NCBI GenBank assembly: GCA_016935665.1
Contig: JAFGQN010000070.1
Span: 378 to 64,377 of the forward strand
DNA: 64,000 nucleotides
Reading direction: 5' to 3'
From: Deltaproteobacteria bacterium
Lineage (GTDB): Bacteria; Myxococcota_A; Polyangia; JAAYKL01
Of the stretch, positions 9,392 to 17,703 are shown piece after piece. Within the stretch, counting starts at the first letter, position 1; each line of letters starts with the position of its first letter. A program made the translations under genes and the position numbers. The notes under the pieces were generated by a model. That model searched no databases. It saw nothing but the letters and a program-made list of their open reading frames with translations, and was not told the origin of the DNA.

Positions 9392-10273
9392 TCAGACTTT
9401 CATATTTTCAGCCGCAGGAAGGTTGGCGAGATGGGTGCGGTAGGCGACCGGGGTTTTCTTGAATACTTTTTTAAACACGCGATAGAAGTGACTGGTGTCG
9501 AAGAAGCCGAATTCCCGCGCCACTTCGTCAATGGAACTGGGACCCTGCAATGCCAGCGCAGCAGATTTGAGCCGGTGGTGCAGGGCGAAGCGTGCAAAGG
9601 TGACGCCCATTGTCTGTTTGAATTTGCGTCGGAAGGTGCTGGTCGACATACGACATGCCCGGGCGCCCTCCAGTTCCGTTACAATGTGATGGCCTTTGAA
9701 AACCAGCTGCAGCGCGGGCGAAATGGTGTGTATGGTTTCTGTTTCAAAAGGGATACTTCCGTTGACGTTGTTTTTCAAATGCTGCAGCAACTGAAGCAGT
9801 ACCAGATATGAGTGGGTGGCATGGTCATCCGGGGGAGTGGCGTCGCCCCGTTCATTCAGAGTCATGAATTCAAGCTGCTGTTGGAGAATGCGCTTATACG
9901 GCGCCGATGTGGTGGGACGCGCCTCTGGGGGCAGGGCGAAAAGATGAAACCAATTCGTTTCGGGGCCGACACCCAGATGAAGTGCCGCCAGCAGTTCGGG
10001 GCGCAATAAAAAAACAGCCACTTTACAGGGCACTTCGGCAAGCCGGAACCCATGCGGCTCCCACACGTTGGTCATCCAGATGTCCCCGGCTGACAGGGTA
10101 CGCTGCGTGTTTTCCCAGAAACGATGCATGACGCCCTGCATCACCACTCCCACCTCCAGCTCGTAATGGATGTCAAAGACGGACTCCAAAGGATGTCGAT
10201 GCTCGGAAAATCCAAAAACATACGGGGAGGTTTCTCCGGTTGGCTCCAGCAATATGGGGGTGTGCGTCAGCAT
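9392..10273 (-). CDS. AraC-family transcriptional regulator (cupin-like N-domain + HTH)
   Basis: C-terminal AraC-type double HTH: STFRRKFKQTMGVTFARFALHHRLKSAALAL ... IDEVAREFGFFDTSHFYRVFKKVFKKTPVAYR. The N-terminal ~150 aa is beta-rich, like AraC ligand domains. Divergent from the lipoprotein gene at 10406. Confidence 0.9.
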   Translation of the reverse strand: MLTHTPILLEPTGETSPYVFGFSEHRHPLESVFDIHYELEVGVVMQGVMHRFWENTQRTLSAGDIWMTNVWEPHGFRLAEVPCKVAVFLLRPELLAALHLGVGPETNWFHLFALPPEARPTTSAPYKRILQQQLEFMTLNERGDATPPDDHATHSYLVLLQLLQHLKNNVNGSIPFETETIHTISPALQLVFKGHHIVTELEGARACRMSTSTFRRKFKQTMGVTFARFALHHRLKSAALALQGPSSIDEVAREFGFFDTSHFYRVFKKVFKKTPVAYRTHLANLPAAENMKV

Positions 10274-10405
10274 GCTGATTTCAGCTTATTGAATTTGAGT
10301 GGAATATACAATCGGTTCAGCCGCATTGTGCAAGGACACGGTGTGAAATATCCAATACAATACAGGTTGAGCGGATTGGGGGCGAATTCATGAAAGGGCA
10401 ATTAT

Positions 10406-11092
10406 ATGAAATACATTGTACTCTGGCTGGTCATCGTTTTCGCAGCGGCCTGTGCCTCGGAATCGTCCAGTGAGTCCGAAATCGAAAAGGACAGTGGCGA
10501 TTCCGGAGATGACAGTTCCGGTGATGATGATGACAGTAATGACGATTCCGGTAATGACGATTCCGGTGATGACAGTTCCGGAGATGACAGTTCCGGTGAT
10601 ACGGATACCGGCGACGATGATACGAATCACGATTCCGGGGACGACGATTCGGCGGATGGGGATGACAGGGACAACGACACGGCAAACACCGATGACCTGG
10701 AATGGCAGGAAGCCAATCTGACGTGGTATGAATCGTATCCGGAAGAAGGCAGCGAGGAATGCGACGAGTACAATGGCTGTGAATGGGCGGGATGGTTTGC
10801 CGGGCTCCCCGACCAGATGAGCCCCGACTGGGTGGCGGCCACCAATATCGCATCGGTGCACTCTGACGTGTTTGGGGAGTACAACGGAAAAACGCTGCGC
10901 TTGCGGGGGCCTGAGGGTCAGGAGATTGATGTCGTGGTGTACGATATGTGCAGCGATGATGATTGCAGTGGCTGTTGCACGCAGAACATGCGGCAAACCG
11001 GCTTTTTAATCGACCTCGAAATCCACACCGCTGACCGCTTTGGTGTGCACAGTGGCGTGGTGGAATTTACCTGCCTCGATTGTGACAACTAA
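10406..11092 (+). CDS. secreted lipoprotein with (DDSGx)n linker and an expansin/GH45/RlpA-like double-psi beta-barrel-type C-domain (tentative)
   Basis: Lipobox LVIVFAAAC|A, then 15-bp-period acidic repeats (DDSGN DDSGD DSSGD DSSGD, ~10545-10604). The Cys-containing C-domain reads TWYESYPEEGSEECDEYNGCEWAG...VVVYDMCSDDDCSGCCTQN...LIDLE. The fold assignment comes from pattern memory only. Confidence 0.75.
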   Translation: MKYIVLWLVIVFAAACASESSSESEIEKDSGDSGDDSSGDDDDSNDDSGNDDSGDDSSGDDSSGDTDTGDDDTNHDSGDDDSADGDDRDNDTANTDDLEWQEANLTWYESYPEEGSEECDEYNGCEWAGWFAGLPDQMSPDWVAATNIASVHSDVFGEYNGKTLRLRGPEGQEIDVVVYDMCSDDDCSGCCTQNMRQTGFLIDLEIHTADRFGVHSGVVEFTCLDCDN

Positions 11093-11218
11093 GTTTTTTC
11101 TGCGGGCGAATATAGTTCAAACGCCAAGTCGTTTTTTTGTCGCCCGTCATCAATTCAAAGCACATCATCACTGGTGTGCGTTCTGTGAGATAGTGCGAAA
11201 CGGCCGACAGACGCAGGT

Positions 11219-11329
11219 CTAATTTTCGTCGGAGAGTTTATCCTTCTTTTTTTGGTCTTTATCCTTCTTTTTCTTTTCTTTTTGTTTCGCCATTTTGTTT
11301 TTGTCTTTTTTTCCGCCTTTGTCGCCCAT
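11219..11329 (-). CDS. possible 36-aa lysine-rich micro-protein
   Basis: GGAG lies 7 nt before an ATG, giving MGDKGGKKDKNKMAKQKEKKKKDKDQKKKDKLSDEN*. The sequence is low-complexity, and an alternative 63-aa frame (11155..11346) is equally open, so this is weak. Confidence 0.3.
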   Translation of the reverse strand: MGDKGGKKDKNKMAKQKEKKKKDKDQKKKDKLSDEN

Positions 11330-11578
11330 ATCAGTGCTCCTTGCAATGGCTTGCCCCAGCGTAAATGCCGGATGAACCCGCCAAATTAAAATGAAATCGT
11401 ATACATCCTACGCTGATTACAATAATTAGGTGAAAAATCGTCGATAACCAAATCAGGTAGAGCGACTTCCGGTGTGATTCCGCTGGTAGACTTTCCCCCA
11501 AATAAAGCAGTGGGGAAGGGGTTGAGCAACGCCTTCCAGAGCATGGTTTAGGTGGGCTGCGATATTTTTCGCAAACTT

Positions 11579-11606
11579 TTGTACACAAAAAGGATTGTGG
11601 TATAGT
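11579..11606 (+). promoter_or_regulatory. sigma70-like promoter candidate (TTGTAC-N16-TATAGT), possibly giving a leaderless mRNA at ATG 11613
   Basis: TATAGT at 11601-11606 is preceded by TG (extended -10). The ATG at 11613 lies 6 nt downstream. The -35 is weak. The dyad TTTTGT-AC-ACAAAA overlaps the -35 region. Confidence 0.35.
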
Positions 11607-12917
11607 CGCCCCATGACACCAGATGAACAGCAATTTTTAAAGGAATTTTACCAGGCCCTGGCGGATAGGCCATTGGACCCTGAAGAACATTGGTACCAGC
11701 CGTTTTACAAGCTTGCTGCGCAACACCCCGACCCGGTAGAAGATTTGCTTAAGGGGATAGAGTGGGCAGAGACGCTGGAAACCGCCCAGTTGTTTAGCGG
11801 ATTCCGTGGCACAGGCAAAAGCACCGAACTGAGACGTCTGCAGCAGCGGTTGGCGCAAAATGGTCAATACAAAGTATTGCGCTGCGATATGCAGGAGTAT
11901 CTAAACCTGTCGACACCAATCGATATCAGCGACTTTTTGATTGCAATCGCAGGCGCGTTTAGTGAGAAGCTTGCCGAAGATGATTTCCTTGGAGACGATC
12001 CGTCCCATGAGAATTATTGGGACCGGATAAGTAATTTTCTTACCAAAACGAAAATCAATTTTGAAAGCGTGTTTTTACAAATTCCCGGTGTCGACATAAA
12101 GGCAAATCTGAAGCAGGACCCCAGCTTTAAAAGCAAACTTCAGCAGGAAATGAAAGGGCACCTTGGCGCTCTGGCCAATGATGTGCGTTTGTATCTTGAA
12201 AGCTGCATAAAAAAGCTGAGAAATAAACACGGTGACGATACCCAGGTTGTGCTTTTGCTCGATTCCATTGAGCAGATCAGGGGCACCTCAGTGAATGAAG
12301 ATGATGTGTACGCGTCGGTGGAGACCGTCTTCCAGGGGCATGCCGACAAGCTGCGCCTGCCGTATATTCACGTGGTGTACACGGTTCCCCCGTGGCTTAA
12401 AATCCGGTCCCCCGGGGTGGCGGCGCTGTACAGCAACAGTGAGCACTTGCCGTGCATTAAAGTGCGGCAACCGGATGGCGCCCCGGACCAGACCGGCGTG
12501 GCGGCACTCGTCGAACTCGTTGGCAAACGTGGTGACTGGCAAAAGCTGTTTGGTTCAAAGGAAAATCTCGAACGGGTCATTCTCGCCTCTGGTGGTTATT
12601 TGAGAGATTTACTTCGGCTGCTGCAGCGCTGTTTGCGGCAGGCCTCATCTTTGCCAATAGATAAAACCACCATCGAGATGGCGGAACATCATATCCGAAA
12701 CAGCTACTTGCCAATTTCCCGGGATGATGCGGTGTGGCTCAATCGCGTTGCCACGACGCATCGTGCGGAGTTGATGGCGGGGAGCGACCTCGGTCATCTC
12801 TCCCGTTTCTTCGATACCCACCTGATTTTGTGTTACCGCAATGGGAAAGAGTGGTTTGATGTCCATCCGTTGATTGCCGAACACGTCCGTGAGCTGGCTC
12901 AGTTTGAAGCAGAGTAA
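11595..12917 (+). CDS. P-loop NTPase (STAND/AAA-like), first gene of an NTPase+TPR pair
   Basis: Walker A is FSGFRGTGKSTELRRL and Walker B is QVVLLLDSIEQI, with a helical C-terminal half. The start may be ATG 11613 (MTPDEQQFL...). It ends 10 nt before the next ORF. Confidence 0.85.
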   Translation: MWYSRPMTPDEQQFLKEFYQALADRPLDPEEHWYQPFYKLAAQHPDPVEDLLKGIEWAETLETAQLFSGFRGTGKSTELRRLQQRLAQNGQYKVLRCDMQEYLNLSTPIDISDFLIAIAGAFSEKLAEDDFLGDDPSHENYWDRISNFLTKTKINFESVFLQIPGVDIKANLKQDPSFKSKLQQEMKGHLGALANDVRLYLESCIKKLRNKHGDDTQVVLLLDSIEQIRGTSVNEDDVYASVETVFQGHADKLRLPYIHVVYTVPPWLKIRSPGVAALYSNSEHLPCIKVRQPDGAPDQTGVAALVELVGKRGDWQKLFGSKENLERVILASGGYLRDLLRLLQRCLRQASSLPIDKTTIEMAEHHIRNSYLPISRDDAVWLNRVATTHRAELMAGSDLGHLSRFFDTHLILCYRNGKEWFDVHPLIAEHVRELAQFEAE

Positions 12918-12927
12918 ATGAAAATGT

Positions 12928-14406
12928 GTGTGCATCATGGTTGAATCGTTGTTCAATTGGGGCGCCGAAAACGAAAAAGCATGGTTTGAACTAAAGCGTC
13001 ATCTTGAATGGGCCGATGGATTCTGGGTGGTGTTTGTTTTCTCTCCGTCTCAAATTAGCGCAGAAATGTTGAAACAACGGGTTGTCGAACAACTTGAAAC
13101 GATGCAACGGCCTTTCACTGTGGAACAGCCCGAGACGCCGGATGCGCTGGTTGATCTGATCTCAGCGTTCGTCGACAACCCGGATGTGCCCAGCCCCCTG
13201 ATGTGGGTTGAGGCGCTGCACAAAGATAAAGTCGATACGACGAGCACGGCGCGTCCCTGGGAACGGGGATGGGAAACACTCCTTCTTCGAACAAATGAGC
13301 GACGAGAACGGCTTCGTAAAAAGTTTCAAAATGGATTGGTGCTGGTCGCGCCGGAGAATTTGAAAAATGTGTTTCGAAACACGGCGCCGGATCTCTGGTC
13401 GGTGCGAACCATGCTCATCGAGCTCACGCCACCACGCTTTGACGCGGATAATAAAGGACTGGCCCAAAATGCAGAAATGACCGAGGCATCATTTAGGTCC
13501 CCCCCCAGTGGGGACCCCCCCAGCGATCCGGAGCTGGCACTGGCCGCTGCGCACCGACTGGAGAAGCAGCGACCGGATGCGCCCCTGGCCATCGCTCAGG
13601 CCTACACCCGCGCCGTGAGCGGGCTGATAAAAGCAGGCAGGGAAGATGAAGCTCGGATTGCAGCAGAAACGGCAGATAGGCACCTGCAGTCGATGGGGCT
13701 CCCTCCTGATGAGGATGAGAATTTATCTGCGACTGCAAATTTGGCGTCTGCGTTATTTAACCTTGGTAGCGCTTTTAACGAACTCGTCCGTTGGGAAGAC
13801 GCGCTTCGGGTCAACAGGCAGGCGACCGATTTGTATCGCCACCTCGTGGCGCAGCGTCCCGATGCGTTTATGCCGGATTTGGCGATGTCGCTCAACAACC
13901 TTGGAAATATGTACAGTGCTCTCGGGCGCCGTGAAGAAGCGCAGGAAGCGACGTTTGAGGCCGTTGAGAAGTATCGAGAGCTGGCGAGTGATCGTCCCGA
14001 TGCGTTTATGCCTGATTTGGCGGGTGCGCTCAACAACCTTGGAAACAGTTACAGTGATCTCGGGCGCCGCGAAGAAGCGCTGGAAGCGACGTTGGAGGCA
14101 GTTGAGAAGTATCGAGAGCTGGCGAGTGATCGTCCCGATGCGTTTATGCCTGATTTGGCGATGTCGCTCAACAACCTTGGAAACAGGTACAGTGATCTCG
14201 GGTGCCGCGAAGAAGCGCTGGAAGCGATGTTTGAGGCAGTGCGAAAATTGGCGTCGTTCTTTTTGCGGTTGCCTGCGGCATATGGAAATTGGATGGGAAT
14301 ATTCCTGCGCAATTATATCAAGAACGCTGAAGCGGCCGGACAGGAAGTGGATGGGGAATTGGTGGGGGCGATTCAGAAGGGGCTGGAGGCACTGGGAGAA
14401 AACTGA
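12928..14406 (+). CDS. TPR-repeat protein (kinesin-light-chain-type TPR_10/12 units) with ~180-aa unknown N-domain
   Basis: Three near-identical 46-aa units of the form DRPDAFMPDLAxSLNNLGNxYSxLGRREEAxEAxxEAVEKYRELAS, plus flanking degenerate units. The N-domain (FWVVFVFSPSQISAEMLKQRVVEQL...) resembles pseudo-NTPase N-domains seen in STAND-associated TPR proteins (recollection only). Confidence 0.85.
   Translation: MCIMVESLFNWGAENEKAWFELKRHLEWADGFWVVFVFSPSQISAEMLKQRVVEQLETMQRPFTVEQPETPDALVDLISAFVDNPDVPSPLMWVEALHKDKVDTTSTARPWERGWETLLLRTNERRERLRKKFQNGLVLVAPENLKNVFRNTAPDLWSVRTMLIELTPPRFDADNKGLAQNAEMTEASFRSPPSGDPPSDPELALAAAHRLEKQRPDAPLAIAQAYTRAVSGLIKAGREDEARIAAETADRHLQSMGLPPDEDENLSATANLASALFNLGSAFNELVRWEDALRVNRQATDLYRHLVAQRPDAFMPDLAMSLNNLGNMYSALGRREEAQEATFEAVEKYRELASDRPDAFMPDLAGALNNLGNSYSDLGRREEALEATLEAVEKYRELASDRPDAFMPDLAMSLNNLGNRYSDLGCREEALEAMFEAVRKLASFFLRLPAAYGNWMGIFLRNYIKNAEAAGQEVDGELVGAIQKGLEALGEN
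13855..14250 (+). repeat. 138-bp tandem repeats (about 2.9 copies) inside the TPR gene
   Basis: CGTCCCGATGCGTTTATGCC... restarts at 13855, 13993 and 14131, an exact 138-nt period. Copies differ at only a few positions by eye. Confidence 0.85.
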
Positions 14407-14620
14407 CACGCCTTTATTCCGTGCCCTTCGAGACGCCACGTTTGGACGTTGGCTCCTCAGGACAGCGGAATCTGTCTGAATCTGTCGGAACTATTGCTTT
14501 GCGAACAGGAAACCCAAATAAAAATCCAAATTATCCCCAAAATCCCATTGGCGCATTCCGTACGATTGTGGAATCGTTAGTTCGTATGCAAACAGAATAT
14601 TATTCCAGGCACCAAATAAA

Positions 14621-14899
14621 GTGGCCGCATTAACAACCGCTTTGGCGGCCATCAGCGAAGATGTGCGCCAGGCCGACATTAAACTGGTTGAAAAACGGGA
14701 GGCCATGGATGCCTACGACAAAGGCTTTTCCGCCACCGCCGATTTAATTTCCACTCTGCTTAAACTGGCCGGCGAAGACGAACTGGCCAAACGGGTGCGC
14801 CCCTCCTCAAGGCGACCGGGCCAAACGGTTGAAGACGCCAACGACGCGCTCCTCGACGTCGAAGAACCTTCCGAACAAGCTGCGGTGGACGTGGCGTAA
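14621..14899 (+). CDS. small hypothetical protein (92 aa)
   Basis: GTG-start ORF: MAALTTALAAISEDVRQADIKLVEKREAMDAYDKGF...RRPGQTVEDANDALLDVEEPSEQAAVDVA. It is helical with an acidic tail and has no family call. It ends 15 nt before the palindrome array. Confidence 0.35.
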   Translation: MAALTTALAAISEDVRQADIKLVEKREAMDAYDKGFSATADLISTLLKLAGEDELAKRVRPSSRRPGQTVEDANDALLDVEEPSEQAAVDVA

Positions 14900-14913
14900 C
14901 GCCTCCATTCCTG

Positions 14914-15140
14914 TCAAAACCACTTTTCCATCGATGTACCGAGCACATCACCCATTCGAAACCGGTTTTTACCCAGTGGTCCCAGTTGCCCATTCACTCA
15001 AAACCACTTTTCCTCGCCCTGGCAGACGCCATCATTCATTGAAAAGTACTTTTCAACGCAATGGGCATATAAAAATCCCGGTCAAAAGCACTTTTGAGTC
15101 GTATGGCACTGGTGCTAATTGAGCAAAAAGTACTTTTGAA
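14914..15140. repeat. array of six dyad-symmetric motifs (AAAAG-N2-CTTTT type) phased exactly 42 bp apart
   Basis: The six cores are at 14914-14929, 14958-14970, 14998-15013, 15039-15056 (perfect 18-mer TTGAAAAGTACTTTTCAA), 15082-15097 and 15124-15140. The dyad centres are 14921.5, 14963.5, 15005.5, 15047.5, 15089.5 and 15131.5. Confidence 0.8.
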
Positions 15141-15399
15141 CCTGATGCCCGTCTCCAATACCCCTATCAAAATAACCAAACGCCAATGTCATGAAACAAA
15201 AAAACACGGTCGCCGCTGTGAACGTCACACCATTGACCAGTCATTGGTTATATCCCCGGTTTCCCCATGCCAGGAGATTGTGCACGCCTGCGTTTGCCCG
15301 GCTGCCTCTATAGAGTAAAATTAGGAAATCATTCAAGACGTGACGGAAAAAAAACAGGAGGTGGAACACAAACGTTTCACTCCACGAAAGGAAGAATGT

Positions 15400-17289
15400 A
15401 TGAAAAGAATGCTTTTTTTTAAGATGGTATGGATACTGGCTGCATCGATGATTATCAGCTGTGAGGGAACTGGCAATCAGGATTCGAGCGAAAAAGATTT
15501 GGCCGCTTTCGCAACGATGGGGAAGGGCGTGGCAGCGTTGAGAGTCCAGGCAGCGGGGCTTTCCATTGCGGATATTGCCCGAGTGGAAGTAAGCGTGAAT
15601 GGCGACTATATCTCTCCAGACATCACTGCGACACTTTCAAAGAATACCGGCGGTGAATGGACAGGTATAGTCAATGACATCCCGGCTGGTGAAGGTCGTA
15701 CGTTCACGGTTGGCGCGTATGATTCGAGTGATGCGCTGCTGTACGATGGCGCCGCATCCGGGGTTGTTATTGTGGATGGCGCAACCGCTTCTGTTACAGT
15801 ATTTTTGCAACCATCCATTTCACCGGATCCGTTTTTCAACGCCGTTCCCCGGTTTACTTCCTTGTCCCTTTCTGCCAGTCAGATAGCACCAGGACACACA
15901 GTGTGGATGAGTGCCGAAGCTGCAGATCCCGATGGCGATGTCCTTGCATCCTCGTGGTCTTCCAGTGGGGGATCATTTGGTACCAGTGACAATTGGAACA
16001 CGACGTGGACAGCACCGACTACTCCAGGAAATTATGAAATTACCGTTGCCGTGGCTGATACATCCGGTGCGACGGCCACAATCAGTTTTAGTGTTGACGT
16101 TCAGGTGCATTATGGCAGCGGTAGCGCCACGGTGAATCTGAATATCAACAACTGGCCTGAAATTGCGAATCTTGTGCCCTCTTTGACCCGTATCAATGTG
16201 GGAGAATCGACGTCTCTTGAGTTGACAGCTGCAGACCCGGATAGAGATCCGCTGGCGTTTACATGGACATCTGATTGTATTGGTGTGTTCAGCGATGCCA
16301 CATTGGAAGACCCGATATTTACACTTACAAACGACAACGATGGTCTCGACTGTACGATTGCGGTCTCTGTAACTGATGGGCGCGGAGGCAGCAATCAGGC
16401 GAGTGTTGCCATCCAGACCGGCGATGCTGTGGCGCCTGTTATTGTTCCGGAGACAGGGTGGACAACGCTGGCTCCGATGCCCGTAAAGGCAAGTGCGTTT
16501 TCCTATATCCGCTATATGGATTCTGTGTACATCATCGGAGGCGGGCTCGATAATGAGGGGTCCAACACTTCGACAAATGTACAAAAATATCATATTCCAA
16601 CAAATACCTGGGAGACCGACATCAACCATGGCGGATCTCTTGCGCCGCTGCCGGCGCCAAGGGCGTTCGGTCTCAATTCCGGTGTTATTAATGACAGGAT
16701 TCATACCGTTGGCGGCTGGGATGAAGGTGGGACATACCAGAATACACATTTCATCTATGATCCGTCCAACAATACCTGGTCTTCAGGTGTGCCTCTTCCG
16801 AACTATCCAATTGGTCAGTTTTCCGCTGTAGTGGACAACGCGTTTTACGTGATGGGTGGCTGGTGGGGGTCATTCCAGTCAACGGTTTTAAAATATACTG
16901 ACGTCGATGGGTGGACAGAGGTAAGTGCCATGGCAACAGCGCGCAACCATGCAACGACTGCTGTTGTTGGCGGTAAAATTTACGTGATTGGCGGGGAAGC
17001 TGCCAATATACCTCAGGTGGATACGGTCGAAGTGTACGACCCACAGTCAGATAGCTGGACAACAGGACTGGCACCATTGCCAACTCCGCAGTCATATCTC
17101 GGGTGGTGCGGCTCGCCGGTACTGAACGGCAGAATTTATCTCGTGACGAGTTATCGGTATGATCCGGCACTTGACATATGGACTGAATCATTTCCTCCTG
17201 TTCCAGGTGGCGTCGTTGCGGCTATTGAATGGCTGGGAAGCATTTATGCCTTTGGCGGTGATCTGACGATAGGTGGTACTCCCATGTAG
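15400..17289 (+). CDS. lipoprotein with Ig/PKD-like modules and a C-terminal Kelch-type beta-propeller
   Basis: The ORF is open from 15340, but AGGAAG plus ATG 15400 gives MKRMLFFKMVWILAASMIISC|EG (lipobox). There are two Ig-like modules (AADPDGDVLASSWSSSGG..., AADPDRDPLAFTWTSDC...). The Kelch blades read VYIIGGG, RIHTVGGW, AFYVMGGW, KIYVIGGE, GRIYLV and SIYAFGGD. Confidence 0.85.
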   Translation: MKRMLFFKMVWILAASMIISCEGTGNQDSSEKDLAAFATMGKGVAALRVQAAGLSIADIARVEVSVNGDYISPDITATLSKNTGGEWTGIVNDIPAGEGRTFTVGAYDSSDALLYDGAASGVVIVDGATASVTVFLQPSISPDPFFNAVPRFTSLSLSASQIAPGHTVWMSAEAADPDGDVLASSWSSSGGSFGTSDNWNTTWTAPTTPGNYEITVAVADTSGATATISFSVDVQVHYGSGSATVNLNINNWPEIANLVPSLTRINVGESTSLELTAADPDRDPLAFTWTSDCIGVFSDATLEDPIFTLTNDNDGLDCTIAVSVTDGRGGSNQASVAIQTGDAVAPVIVPETGWTTLAPMPVKASAFSYIRYMDSVYIIGGGLDNEGSNTSTNVQKYHIPTNTWETDINHGGSLAPLPAPRAFGLNSGVINDRIHTVGGWDEGGTYQNTHFIYDPSNNTWSSGVPLPNYPIGQFSAVVDNAFYVMGGWWGSFQSTVLKYTDVDGWTEVSAMATARNHATTAVVGGKIYVIGGEAANIPQVDTVEVYDPQSDSWTTGLAPLPTPQSYLGWCGSPVLNGRIYLVTSYRYDPALDIWTESFPPVPGGVVAAIEWLGSIYAFGGDLTIGGTPM

Positions 17290-17703
17290 TTTGTTCAAGA
17301 GTCACCGGCTAAAAGGTATGTGACGCGTTGTGGCACCCGTTCCTGGCTCACCTTGAGGGACTGTTGCCCAAACAAAGTTTTCACACCCATTGCCGCTTCG
17401 AATCAATTTCATCGGACGTATATTCAGGCCGCAGTTCCACGGTGCATACCGGTGATCAGGGGCAGCCTGGGTTATGTTTGCCGGAAGTTAATAAAAAATC
17501 AGTTCGTAAAATTCCAGTTTTTTAATTCAACTTATAACCCTCTCTGCCGATGTAGGGTTCAGGACATCACATGCACGCTTTGTTTTTTTGATATTGCAAA
17601 AAGCGTTTTTAAAAACGGAGACTCCGCGTTGAGTCATCCATTTGATTCTCAATCTATATGAGTGATGCCCGCCAGTTAAAAATAATCGCGTAGTCAAAAA
17701 AGA

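Noticed and set aside
10388-10996. Alternative-frame ORFs (10388..10996 minus, 10416..10721 plus, 10431..10853 minus) over the DDSG-repeat region
   Set aside because: They are artefacts of the 15-bp-period low-complexity repeat. Only the 10406..11092 frame has a lipoprotein signal and a structured C-domain.
13646-14479. 277-aa plus-strand and 228-aa minus-strand ORFs (13753..14439) overlapping the TPR gene
   Set aside because: Repeat DNA keeps alternative frames open. The TPR frame gives canonical 46-aa TPR units, while the alternatives give Arg/Cys-rich nonsense repeats.
14905-15145. Regularly spaced repeats considered as a miniature CRISPR array
   Set aside because: The conserved cores are only 12-18 bp, degenerate and internally palindromic, with ~26-bp variable spacers. 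That is far below CRISPR repeat length and identity. There is no leader-like AT tract and no cas genes in the window. It is kept as a phased palindrome array instead.
17604-17617. Perfect 14-bp palindrome CGTTTTTAAAAACG upstream of the AAA+ gene
   Set aside because: It is made almost entirely of A/T runs in an AT-rich region, so chance occurrence is plausible. There is no second copy or partner motif.
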